From assembly GCA_963516475.1 (NCBI GenBank), contig CAUQBR010000008.1:3315-67314 (forward strand): a stretch of DNA of 64,000 nucleotides. Direction: 5' to 3'. Positions 48,988 to 57,809 of this stretch are shown piece after piece. This stretch comes from an uncultured Flavobacteriaceae bacterium (lineage in GTDB: Bacteria > Bacteroidota > Bacteroidia > Flavobacteriales > Weeksellaceae). The notes beneath the pieces were generated by a model. It was not told the DNA's origin, searched no databases, and saw only the letters and a program-made list of their open reading frames with translations. Both the position numbers and the translations under genes were made by a program. Within the stretch, counting starts at the first letter, position 1, and the number at the start of each line of letters is the position of its first letter.

Positions 48988-50115
48988 ATGAGAAAAATCC
49001 AGATGGTTGATTTACAAAGTCAATATTTCAAAATAAAAAACGAAGTAGATAACGCGGTGCTGAATGTTTTCGAGTCGGCGGCCTTTATCAATGGCCCTGA
49101 GGTTCAGTCTTTCCAAGCTGAATTAGAAGAATATTTAGGCGTGAAAAATGTGATTCCTTGTGCAAACGGCACGGACGCTCTGCAAATTGCCCTAATGGCG
49201 CTCGATTTACAGGAAGGCGATGAAGTGATTACGGCAGATTTCACCTTTGCGGCTACGGTGGAAGTTATCCATTTATTAAAACTAAAAGCGGTTTTGGTGG
49301 ATGTAGATTATGATAATTTCACTATTGATATTGAGCAGCTTAAAAAAGCCATTACGCCTAAAACTAAGGCCATCATGCCTGTGCATCTTTTCGGGCAGTG
49401 TGCAAATATGGAGGCTATTTTGAAAATTGCAAAAGAGCATAATCTTTTTGTAATCGAGGACAATGCACAGGCTATCGGCGCTGATTTTATTTTCTCTGAT
49501 GGAACTCAGAAAAAGGCTGGAACCATAGGAACCATAGGAACTACATCGTTTTTCCCTTCTAAGAATTTAGGTTGTTATGGAGATGGCGGCGCTATTTTTA
49601 CCAATGATGATGATTTGGCCTATAAAATGAGAGGAATCGTAAATCATGGAATGTACAAAAGATATTATCACGATGAAGTGGGCGTAAACTCTAGATTGGA
49701 CAGCGTGCAGGCAGCTATTTTGAGAAGAAAACTGCCTCATTTAGAAACCTATAACGAAGCTAGAAGAAAAGCTGCAAACTTCTACGATGGGGCTTTTGCT
49801 GGACATCCACATCTGCTTATCCCAAAAAGAGAAGAAAATTCTACTCATGTTTTTCATCAGTACACACTGAGAGTTTTAAATGGAAAAAGAAACGAACTAC
49901 AGGAGTTTCTTGCTTCAAAGGAAATCCCTGCGATGATTTATTACCCTGTGGCTCTCAGAAAACAAAAAGCATACTTCCAAGCGAGTAATGATGTTGATTT
50001 TAAAAACACCGACAAGCTTCTAGACCAAGTAATTTCTCTACCAATGCACACAGAGCTGGATGAAGAGCAGCTGAAATACATTACAGAAAGCGTTCTGGAA
50101 TTCATGAATAAATAA
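48988..50115 (+). CDS. DegT/DnrJ/EryC1/StrS family sugar aminotransferase
   Basis: MRKIQMVDLQSQY start. GTDAL, FIGP-type and SFFPSKNLG (PLP Lys) motifs. Start taken at ATG 48988 rather than track 48868. Confidence 0.88.
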   Translation: MRKIQMVDLQSQYFKIKNEVDNAVLNVFESAAFINGPEVQSFQAELEEYLGVKNVIPCANGTDALQIALMALDLQEGDEVITADFTFAATVEVIHLLKLKAVLVDVDYDNFTIDIEQLKKAITPKTKAIMPVHLFGQCANMEAILKIAKEHNLFVIEDNAQAIGADFIFSDGTQKKAGTIGTIGTTSFFPSKNLGCYGDGGAIFTNDDDLAYKMRGIVNHGMYKRYYHDEVGVNSRLDSVQAAILRRKLPHLETYNEARRKAANFYDGAFAGHPHLLIPKREENSTHVFHQYTLRVLNGKRNELQEFLASKEIPAMIYYPVALRKQKAYFQASNDVDFKNTDKLLDQVISLPMHTELDEEQLKYITESVLEFMNK

Positions 50116-50134
50116 ATTTTTAAACACCTTAATT

Positions 50135-50653
50135 ATGAGAGTATTTTTGTTTTTAATGCTATTTTTCAATTCTTTTGCGTGGGCGCAAGAGGAGGGTAAT
50201 AAATTTTTAATCAATAATGACTATTTAGTTCAGTTTCCTGAATCCGTAAAATACATAAGAATGGATGAAAATTCAGGAGCGTTTTTATTCCATGACAAAC
50301 AAAATTCAAACATACAGGTTTCTGTTCGCCCTTCACAAAATATGGAATTTTACAAGGAAGGACTTTCAAAAAGTGAATTGCTAGAGGCTTTTTATAAATG
50401 GGATTTTGATTTTTGGAAAGGAAACACCATCAATGCTAAAGTTACTGAAATCAGTAAAAAACTATCCGAAGACTATGTTCTATGGAGTATCGAACTTGAT
50501 TATGAATCCCAAAAAATCAATCAAATCATACTTTCTGGAGTGAAGGAAAACAATGTGGTATTTATCTCCATTATCAATCCTAAAATGAAGATGAATGAAA
50601 AGAAAAAATTCTTGATAAACTTATACAAAAAGGGAATTTCAAAATATAATTAA
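50135..50653 (+). CDS. secreted hypothetical protein
   Basis: Signal peptide ending AWAQ. 172 aa. Lies between the aminotransferase gene and galE. Confidence 0.5.
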   Translation: MRVFLFLMLFFNSFAWAQEEGNKFLINNDYLVQFPESVKYIRMDENSGAFLFHDKQNSNIQVSVRPSQNMEFYKEGLSKSELLEAFYKWDFDFWKGNTINAKVTEISKKLSEDYVLWSIELDYESQKINQIILSGVKENNVVFISIINPKMKMNEKKKFLINLYKKGISKYN

Positions 50654-50657
50654 GAGC

Positions 50658-51674
50658 ATGACAACACTAGTTACGGGTGGTCTAGGCTACATCGGTTCGC
50701 ATACCGTGGTGGAGCTTATAGAAAATGGTTTTGATGTGGTTATCGTAGACAACCTCTCTAACACGGACAAAAAAATACTAATTGGAATAGAGCAAATCAC
50801 TGGAAAAACTCCAGCTTTCTATCCTAATGATTTAAAAAACCGAAGTCAAATAGCGCAGGTTCTAGATGCTCATAAAATAGATGGCTGCATTCATTTTGCT
50901 GCATTCAAGGCTGTGGGAGAAAGCCAAGTAAAACCTATTGACTACTACGAAAACAATATGTTTTCTCTTATCAATCTTTTGCAGGAATTCAAAGAAAGAA
51001 ATATTTCTAATTTTATTTTCAGTTCTTCCTGCACCGTTTATGGACAGGCTGACCAGATGCCGATAAATGAAGAAGCACCTATAAAACCTGCTGAATCTGC
51101 CTATGGACGAACCAAACAGATGGCAGAAGAGATTTTGAAAGATTTTGCTGCTGCCCACCAAAAGAAAGTATCATTATTAAGATATTTTAATCCTATTGGT
51201 GCTCATCCTTCGGCTAAAATAGGCGAACTTCCTCTCGGAATTCCCAATAATCTCGTTCCATATGTGACTCAGACCGCAGCAGGAATACGAGAAAAACTAA
51301 ACATCTGGGGAGATGACTACCCTACTCCTGATGGCACTGCCATCCGCGATTATATCTATGTGATGGATTTAGCCAAAGCTCATGTGAAAGCCTTGCAGAA
51401 ACTGGCCTCCGAAAAATCAGAAACTTTGGTTGATGTTTTCAATCTGGGAACTGGGAAAGGTTCTTCTGTCCTTGAAATCGTAAAGGCTTTTGAAAAAGCA
51501 AATAATCTAGAAATTCCTTACCAAATCTGTGATAGAAGAGCGGGCGACATTACCATCGCTTATGCAGATGCTTCCAAAGCCGAAAAAGAACTTGGCTGGA
51601 AGGCGGAAACTCCATTGGAAGAAGCGCTGAGAACCACTTGGCTATGGCAGAAAAATCTAGAGCAAGAAAAATAA
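50658..51674 (+). CDS. galE: UDP-glucose 4-epimerase
   Basis: GGLGYIGSH Rossmann motif and the catalytic YGRTK (YxxxK). Confidence 0.93.
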   Translation: MTTLVTGGLGYIGSHTVVELIENGFDVVIVDNLSNTDKKILIGIEQITGKTPAFYPNDLKNRSQIAQVLDAHKIDGCIHFAAFKAVGESQVKPIDYYENNMFSLINLLQEFKERNISNFIFSSSCTVYGQADQMPINEEAPIKPAESAYGRTKQMAEEILKDFAAAHQKKVSLLRYFNPIGAHPSAKIGELPLGIPNNLVPYVTQTAAGIREKLNIWGDDYPTPDGTAIRDYIYVMDLAKAHVKALQKLASEKSETLVDVFNLGTGKGSSVLEIVKAFEKANNLEIPYQICDRRAGDITIAYADASKAEKELGWKAETPLEEALRTTWLWQKNLEQEK

Positions 51675-51682
51675 ATTTCAAT

Positions 51683-51722
51683 AAAAAAATCTCTTTCAAA
51701 TTGAAAGAGATTTTTATTTTTT
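51683..51722. terminator. bidirectional terminator after galE and the lipoprotein gene
   Basis: 13-bp stem AAATCTCTTTCAA (51687-51699) / TTGAAAGAGATTT (51701-51713), flanked by an A-run and a T-run. Confidence 0.8.
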
Positions 51723-52607
51723 TTAGAGGAAAACTCCACTACTTTCAGAATTAACTTTTGAATTCAATTTTGCATTTATATCAGCTTTTATTTCAGCTTC
51801 TGTAACTCCAAATTCCCTCATAGCATCTTCAATCAAGCTATCTTCGTTAATTCTATCTGTATAAATATGGACAGGGATTTTGATATCCAATTTTTTATCA
51901 AAAGAAGCCGAAGGAAGTTTATCATACTCCAAATTATCTGGTTTTTGGCTGAACTGAGCCAAAACAATCCTCAAATCAAAATTCAAATACGGTTTTTTCA
52001 CATCAAAAAATCCTTTCAGTCCTATTTTTTCTGGTCTTATTTTGGCATCACGCTGGCCTCCAAAGCTTTTATAGATATATTTGTTCTCAGGATTAGTATC
52101 ACGGTATTTATAAGTCATGATTTCCTTATTTGGAACTACTGTCCCGCCACTTATAGCTACTATATTTTCCATTAAAAAGAAGTGCTGATATTGCTTTGCT
52201 GCCTCATCAGATGCCAAAACACTGTTGATTCGCTCGCCTTTTTCATTGTAATAGAAAATCTCCAATCCATAGAGAGACAGCCCTCCATCAGCAGACATTA
52301 CACTAAGGGCAGCAGGATTATCAGCCGATGGAACTATCTGACCATTTTTATTCTCAAAAAAGAATTTTTGTACAGATTTCAGATATTTCACACCTGGATA
52401 TTCTGGCGAACCATGAAAATACCCGTGAGAATGCCCTTCTGTAAAACGAAATTCCACCTTACTCCATTTCAGCTCCGTACTAGGCTGCTCTGGTTTTGGC
52501 TTTGGTACGACTATATCATCATTGTCTTGACTTCGACAAGCCAAAAGTGAAAAAACAAAAAACACTACTGCTAATACAACTTTGATTGATTTTAAAAAAC
52601 TTTTCAT
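51723..52607 (-). CDS. uncharacterised lipoprotein, paralog B of the TonB-receptor locus
   Basis: Lipobox SLLAC. His-rich EGHSHGYFHG. Shares VEFxF, LEIxYYN..G.R.N, (H/Y)QHFF, Y.Y.DT.PEN, IGLKG.F and FDLRI.LA.F blocks with the 52654-53382 product. Confidence 0.6.
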   Translation of the reverse strand: MKSFLKSIKVVLAVVFFVFSLLACRSQDNDDIVVPKPKPEQPSTELKWSKVEFRFTEGHSHGYFHGSPEYPGVKYLKSVQKFFFENKNGQIVPSADNPAALSVMSADGGLSLYGLEIFYYNEKGERINSVLASDEAAKQYQHFFLMENIVAISGGTVVPNKEIMTYKYRDTNPENKYIYKSFGGQRDAKIRPEKIGLKGFFDVKKPYLNFDLRIVLAQFSQKPDNLEYDKLPSASFDKKLDIKIPVHIYTDRINEDSLIEDAMREFGVTEAEIKADINAKLNSKVNSESSGVFL

Positions 52608-52653
52608 ATTATTAAATTTTTATTTGTTTACTTTATTAAATTATTCTAAAATA

Positions 52654-53382
52654 TTATTGAACTATTTTCACTGGGACTTTCATATCAGCATCTAGGACGA
52701 ATGAACCGCTATAATACACCACATTGTATTTTCTAACTCTTCCTGTCTTAGGCTCTAGTTTATTTTTAACTAAGAAATGGGCTAATCTTATCCTTAAATC
52801 AAAACTCTGAGTTCCCAAACCAGTCGTTTTTATGGTGAAAACTCCTTTCAGTCCGATAGGGTCTACTTCCGTAGGGTTCTGCGTATCCCACGAACGACGA
52901 CGAAGGCTCACTCCACTCTCTCCTAAAACTCCATTTTCAGGGTCTGTATCCTGATACTCATAGCTTACCAATCTATCCATTTCTGCTTCTTCTACCTGCT
53001 TTCCATTTTTATTCAGCTGAAAGAAATGCTGATGGATAGGCGCCATTTCTTGTGAAACAAATTCACCATTAAGTCTCCTTCCATTATTATAATACACTAT
53101 TTCAAGGAGATAGCTATTTCCTTCTTTCCATTCTACGGCTTCTGTATTGTCAAATTTCAATCCATCTTGGGTCAGCAGCGCCGTTCTTCTTTGCTCCTGT
53201 GAGGTCGCTGTATTTCTAAATATAAACTCCACTCTATCAGGCATTTCGTGTCCTCTGTCTTTGGTTTCGTCCGTTGGCGCCTGAGGGCTATCACCATCTC
53301 TGCTACAAGAAGAAATACTGAAAACCGCTAAAAACAGCATTAGCATTGTCAAAATTTTGTTTAGTGAAAACTTATTTTTCAT
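52654..53382 (-). CDS. uncharacterised lipoprotein, paralog A of the TonB-receptor locus
   Basis: Lipobox ISSC. Shares the conserved blocks of 51723-52607. Starts 30 nt after the receptor stop. Confidence 0.6.
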   Translation of the reverse strand: MKNKFSLNKILTMLMLFLAVFSISSCSRDGDSPQAPTDETKDRGHEMPDRVEFIFRNTATSQEQRRTALLTQDGLKFDNTEAVEWKEGNSYLLEIVYYNNGRRLNGEFVSQEMAPIHQHFFQLNKNGKQVEEAEMDRLVSYEYQDTDPENGVLGESGVSLRRRSWDTQNPTEVDPIGLKGVFTIKTTGLGTQSFDLRIRLAHFLVKNKLEPKTGRVRKYNVVYYSGSFVLDADMKVPVKIVQ

Positions 53383-53412
53383 AATGTTAAAATTTATTAG
53401 AATTAATGATTA

Positions 53413-55467
53413 TTAAAAATTAAATTGTGTTTTAAATTGAATGTCAATCCCTTTCCCATGAATAAAATACCTCAGTCTGTCGGTATAATTCTTATAAAGT
53501 GCATTGGTAAGATTTTCTACGCCTAAAAAGAATTTTACACTTTTCTTATTATTGTATTCCAGCTCTGCTCCTATTTTTAGACCCAATAAATGGTAGGCAT
53601 CAGGAGAGTCCGTCACGAGGTCAAAATCAGGATTAAACCTTCTCTGCTTCGCGAAATACTGGTGTTCCACTTTTGCATAAAAATTCTTGAAAACAGAAGT
53701 CGGAATATTCCATTTTAAACTCTGCGAAAGCTGTAATGGCGGTATTTGTGGAAGATATGCCTTGGTATGCTGGTCGTCCGCATAGACCAAAGAAAGATTA
53801 GAATGGTATTCTAAATTTTTAGAAATAGGAATTCCCACTGCCAAATCTCCCCCACGAAAAAGAGCATCGCTCTGCACAAACTTAAATAACGCCGCCGGCC
53901 CAGAAAACAACACTCTATACTGATGCGTAGGAATGCTGTAAATAAAATTGTTAATCGGCTGAACGAACGCAGACATCTCCGCGAAAAATCTATTTTTCTT
54001 GTAAGACAATTTATTGACAATTTTCAGCCCTTTTTCTGCATTTAGATTTTTATCACCTACATAATAAATCGGAATTCCGTGCTGTTTTCCATTGATATAC
54101 AGCTCATAAGGCTCTGGCGCACGCCACGCATATCCCGCATGAGTCACATATTCCAGATGGTCAGTAATCTGATAATGAACCCCCCCGCTGTACGAAAAAC
54201 TTGAAAAATCTCTCTTCCCGCCGTAGAGCTGACCGAACATATCGTAACCCAAAGAATTTATCGTTCTAAAATCAAAACGCGCTCCCAGCTCTGCCAGCCA
54301 TTTTCCTCTTTTAAATTCGGAGATGAAAAATCCTGCGTAATTATTCAAAACAAAATTCGGAATCGTAGGAACCACGCCTGTTCCTGGCACATTCAAATTT
54401 TCTTTCCTCGAATAACTTACCCCAAACTGAGTTTCCAATCCCCTAAAATGTGTGTTTTTCCAAATCGTTTCCACAAAATGAGAATCTAGTTTGGTATCCT
54501 GCGTAGGAATTGTAGTTCTGTCTAACCTTCTAACATCAAACTCTTTTCGGTGATTATTTTGATAAGCATAAACCAAATCAAAATGATTATTCGGACTGAG
54601 TCTAAATTCGGTTTCACTTTTCAAGAAATAATGAGCCACATTATGCTTTGGAGCTGTAATATCGTAGGAAAAACCATATGTAGTAATAGGTCTGCCAAGC
54701 TTGAGCCTGCTCTCAAAATCATCTATATTGCTGGACGCCGCACCATAAAAAATCCCTAATTCTGAGTTATATGCACTAAAATACAAATTAGACTTAAATT
54801 CATTCTTACGGTATTCCAGCTCAGCAGAATAATTCAGCTCCCGAATTCCTGTATTATTGATATAATAATTTTGAGTTTTATAATCTCCTGCATACTGTGC
54901 ATTTACCTGTGCTCTCCATGCCCAGTTTTTTCCCAGCACTCCTTCCAAATAGCCTCCGCCAGAGACTTTCCCTGAATTAGAATTTCCAGAAAGCATCACT
55001 GCACCAGCCAGTTTCTCACTATAATTAAGGTTTTTAGGAGACAGCAGAACCACTCCACCAAGCGCCCCAGCGCCATATCTCACACTCTGAGCACCCTTTA
55101 TTATACTGATATTCTGTGGAATACCCATACCAATTTCTGGTGCGTGGTCATCAGACCAGTCTTGGCTTTCCAGTTTTACGCCGTTATTTAGAATTAAAAT
55201 CCTCGTGTTTCCTAAGCCCTCTATCACAGGTTTTGCGACTGTGGCTCCTGCCTGCCGAAGGGTAATACCTGCCGCTTTGGACAACACTTCTGAAAGATTT
55301 TGACCTATATTTTCTGAAAGATTTTCTTTAGAAAATTTTACAAGATTATCTGCCGATATGTTTTTATTTACAATTGTAAGCGTGTCAATGTTTTTGGTGG
55401 TTACTTCCTGTGAAAAAAGCATATGAAATCCACAGAAAATAATCCCAAATACCAATTTTTGAGTCAT
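53413..55467 (-). CDS. TonB-dependent outer-membrane receptor
   Basis: Signal peptide. Plug-domain motifs (ITLRQAG..KPVIEGLG, IKGAQSVRYGAGALGGVV). 684 aa, ending in a terminal Phe (QFNF). Confidence 0.9.
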   Translation of the reverse strand: MTQKLVFGIIFCGFHMLFSQEVTTKNIDTLTIVNKNISADNLVKFSKENLSENIGQNLSEVLSKAAGITLRQAGATVAKPVIEGLGNTRILILNNGVKLESQDWSDDHAPEIGMGIPQNISIIKGAQSVRYGAGALGGVVLLSPKNLNYSEKLAGAVMLSGNSNSGKVSGGGYLEGVLGKNWAWRAQVNAQYAGDYKTQNYYINNTGIRELNYSAELEYRKNEFKSNLYFSAYNSELGIFYGAASSNIDDFESRLKLGRPITTYGFSYDITAPKHNVAHYFLKSETEFRLSPNNHFDLVYAYQNNHRKEFDVRRLDRTTIPTQDTKLDSHFVETIWKNTHFRGLETQFGVSYSRKENLNVPGTGVVPTIPNFVLNNYAGFFISEFKRGKWLAELGARFDFRTINSLGYDMFGQLYGGKRDFSSFSYSGGVHYQITDHLEYVTHAGYAWRAPEPYELYINGKQHGIPIYYVGDKNLNAEKGLKIVNKLSYKKNRFFAEMSAFVQPINNFIYSIPTHQYRVLFSGPAALFKFVQSDALFRGGDLAVGIPISKNLEYHSNLSLVYADDQHTKAYLPQIPPLQLSQSLKWNIPTSVFKNFYAKVEHQYFAKQRRFNPDFDLVTDSPDAYHLLGLKIGAELEYNNKKSVKFFLGVENLTNALYKNYTDRLRYFIHGKGIDIQFKTQFNF

Positions 55468-55544
55468 ATAAAATGATTTAATACAAAAATGAAATGGATG
55501 ATTTCTTTAAACCGAAAAATATTTTGTTTGAAAAAGGGAATGCC

Positions 55545-55564
55545 TTGGTTTTAGTTAAAACCAA
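55545..55564 (-). promoter_or_regulatory. hairpin between the small Cys/His protein gene and the receptor gene
   Basis: TTGGTTTTA (55545-55553) / TAAAACCAA (55556-55564). On the minus strand it is followed by GGCATTCCCTTTTT. Possible weak terminator or attenuator. Confidence 0.4.
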
Positions 55565-55609
55565 CTATGATATTGACTTTCATAAAAATCAATAAACATT
55601 CTATCAAAA

Positions 55610-55969
55610 CTAAGAAAATACAGGAGGAGCACGAGACTGCCATAGAAGAATTATCCTCTCTGATATGAAAATTTTATACGATGAAAAATATGATAAATAT
55701 TCATTTACATGAAACTCTGTCTGAGGTTTTTCTGGAAGAATATAGAAATAATTCAATGTGCATAAAAACCCACAATCACAGTCGCTTTTGGTCTGTAAAT
55801 GTGCTTTGTGATAGCAGACTTTATCGCTGCATTCTGCTATTTTTTCTGTTTTTTGATGAGTTTCCTGATGATACAAACGCACAAACAAGCCTGATACATT
55901 CATCACAAAGATGAGTAGCAGCACCGAAGCCAAAAAAGTTTTAATATGTTTTGCAGTTTTTATCATCAT
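55610..55969 (-). CDS. small Cys/His-rich membrane-anchored protein
   Basis: N-terminal TM helix (FLASVLLLIFVMNVSGLFV). Clustered His and Cys residues (YHQETH, CSDKVCYHKAH, CDCGFLC). Has its own -7 box. Confidence 0.45.
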   Translation of the reverse strand: MMIKTAKHIKTFLASVLLLIFVMNVSGLFVRLYHQETHQKTEKIAECSDKVCYHKAHLQTKSDCDCGFLCTLNYFYILPEKPQTEFHVNEYLSYFSSYKIFISERIILLWQSRAPPVFS

Positions 55970-55985
55970 TATTTGATAACGGATA

Positions 55986-55993
55986 CAAATATA
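55986..55993 (-). promoter_or_regulatory. candidate -7 box (TAnnTTTG) for the small-protein/receptor locus
   Basis: Minus-strand TATATTTG lies 17 nt upstream of ATG 55969. Confidence 0.45.
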
Positions 55994-55995
55994 AT

Positions 55996-56691
55996 CTAAA
56001 TTTCCGAAAATAAAAATTCATTACTCAAAAATTTGCCAGAAGCCTCCTCTACGCTGTACTCTCCTATTTTAGTCCTTCTGAGCTGGGTAAGATAAGCGCC
56101 TACGCCCAGTTCCTGCCCTATATCATGAGCCAGAGAGCGAATATAAGTCCCCTTGGAACAGCCCACTAAAAAACGAACATAAGGAAATTCTATCTGAATG
56201 TCTTTAATATAATGAATTGTAGTTTTTCTGGATTTCATCTCTACGGAAGCTCCTGCCCTTGCCAAGTCATAAGCCCTCTCACCATCGACCTTTATTGCTG
56301 AAAAAATAGGCGGTTTCTGGGTGATTTCACCTAAAAATTTTTGTAAAACTTCTGTCACAAAATCCTCTGTGATATGGCTGATATCTGTAGGGAGAATTTC
56401 TGGTTTTTCGGTATCGTAAGATTCTGTCTGCACACCTATTTTTATTTCTGTCCAGTATTCTTTCGGTGTATCTTGGATTTCGGATATTTTTTTGGTTGCC
56501 CTGCCTGTGCATACCACGAGAAGCCCCGTAGCTTTAGGGTCAAGGGTTCCCGCATGGCCTATTTTTATTTTCTTAAATTTAAACTCTTTTTTTAGTTTAA
56601 ATTTCATTTTATTGACCGCTTGAAACGAAGTCCAATCCAAGGGCTTATCAACCAGAAAAACCTGACCTTCAAGAATTTGCTCCGCAGTCAT
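55996..56691 (-). CDS. truB: tRNA pseudouridine(55) synthase
   Basis: Catalytic motif GHAGTLDP. 231 aa. Confidence 0.92.
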   Translation of the reverse strand: MTAEQILEGQVFLVDKPLDWTSFQAVNKMKFKLKKEFKFKKIKIGHAGTLDPKATGLLVVCTGRATKKISEIQDTPKEYWTEIKIGVQTESYDTEKPEILPTDISHITEDFVTEVLQKFLGEITQKPPIFSAIKVDGERAYDLARAGASVEMKSRKTTIHYIKDIQIEFPYVRFLVGCSKGTYIRSLAHDIGQELGVGAYLTQLRRTKIGEYSVEEASGKFLSNEFLFSEI

Positions 56692-56694
56692 TTA

Positions 56695-57516
56695 TTATTT
56701 GTTTAAATAAAAATAAATCAATAAAACTATTCCGACAATGATTCTATACCAGCCCCAAAACTTAAAGCCATACTTGGCAAGAACATTGATAAAAGTTTTC
56801 ACTGCTATCATCGCCACGATAAAAGCCACGATGTTTCCGATAATGAAAACCAAAATATTTTCTGTAGAAGCCAAAATCATCTCATATCCTTTCTGAGCAT
56901 TAGGCGTTCCCTCTCCCCAAGTCTTGATAAATACAGAATAAAGTGTAACTGCCATCATCGTAGGGACAGCTAAAAAGAAAGAAAATTCCGCTGACGCCTT
57001 TCTGCTAAGCCCTTGGCTCATTCCTCCAATGATAGAGGCCGCAGAACGAGATGTCCCAGGCATCATAGCCAAACACTGCCAAAAGCCAATGGTTACAGCC
57101 TTTTTGATGGTTATATCTTTCTCATTATCAATCTTTTCCTTATTATCAAACCATTTATCTACAAAGAGTAAAACAACTCCTCCCAAAACCAAAACACAAG
57201 AGATAACGATCTGATTACCAAGTACTGCTTCTATTTTATCGTCAAATAATTTTCCTAAAACCAAGGCTGGAACAACGGCACAAGCCAGTTTGATATAAAA
57301 ATTAAAATTAGAAAAGTCAAAAAACTTTTTCCAATACAAAACCACAATAGAGAGAATCGCCCCAAACTGAATGGACACTTGGAACATCTTCAGATATTCA
57401 GTTTCTTCCATTCCGAGCAGAGCCGCTGTAAACCCCATATGAGCCGTAGAAGAAATCGGAAGATACTCCGTAAGCCCCTCTACGATTGCAACAATAATAG
57501 CTTTTACTATATCCAT
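56695..57516 (-). CDS. uppP: undecaprenyl-diphosphate phosphatase
   Basis: EGLTEYLPISSTAH and PGTSRSA motifs. Confidence 0.93.
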   Translation of the reverse strand: MDIVKAIIVAIVEGLTEYLPISSTAHMGFTAALLGMEETEYLKMFQVSIQFGAILSIVVLYWKKFFDFSNFNFYIKLACAVVPALVLGKLFDDKIEAVLGNQIVISCVLVLGGVVLLFVDKWFDNKEKIDNEKDITIKKAVTIGFWQCLAMMPGTSRSAASIIGGMSQGLSRKASAEFSFFLAVPTMMAVTLYSVFIKTWGEGTPNAQKGYEMILASTENILVFIIGNIVAFIVAMIAVKTFINVLAKYGFKFWGWYRIIVGIVLLIYFYLNK

Positions 57517-57794
57517 TATTTATTTCTTTTTAGTATAGCCACCACCTGCACCACAAAACCAACAATCACCAACAAAGGCGCTATTCTGATTCTTACCACA
57601 GAAAAAATATCATCATTCCAGTAGTTTGGGTCAAAAGAGCCATCTGGCTTGGTATTCGCACCATAGCCCATCATTAGGACAAATCCAAAAGCGATAAGTC
57701 CTAAACCTATCAGCATCAATTTAAAATTACTCTTATTGAAATAAAATGTATTTTCTGTAGGAGATGTTTCTGTATTTTTATTTTTGGTTTTCAT
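57516..57794 (-). CDS. DUF3098-like small membrane protein
   Basis: Two TM helices. Sits between ftsX and uppP, as is usual in Bacteroidota. Its stop overlaps the uppP start (TAATG). Confidence 0.55.
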   Translation of the reverse strand: MKTKNKNTETSPTENTFYFNKSNFKLMLIGLGLIAFGFVLMMGYGANTKPDGSFDPNYWNDDIFSVVRIRIAPLLVIVGFVVQVVAILKRNK

Positions 57795-57809
57795 TATGCT
57801 ATTTCTCTT

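Noticed and set aside
50135-50653. Possible distant relationship between this secreted 172-aa protein and the 19958-21598 paralog family.
   Set aside because: The only similarity is in size, the signal peptide and a Lys-rich C-terminal segment. No convincing shared motif is visible by eye.
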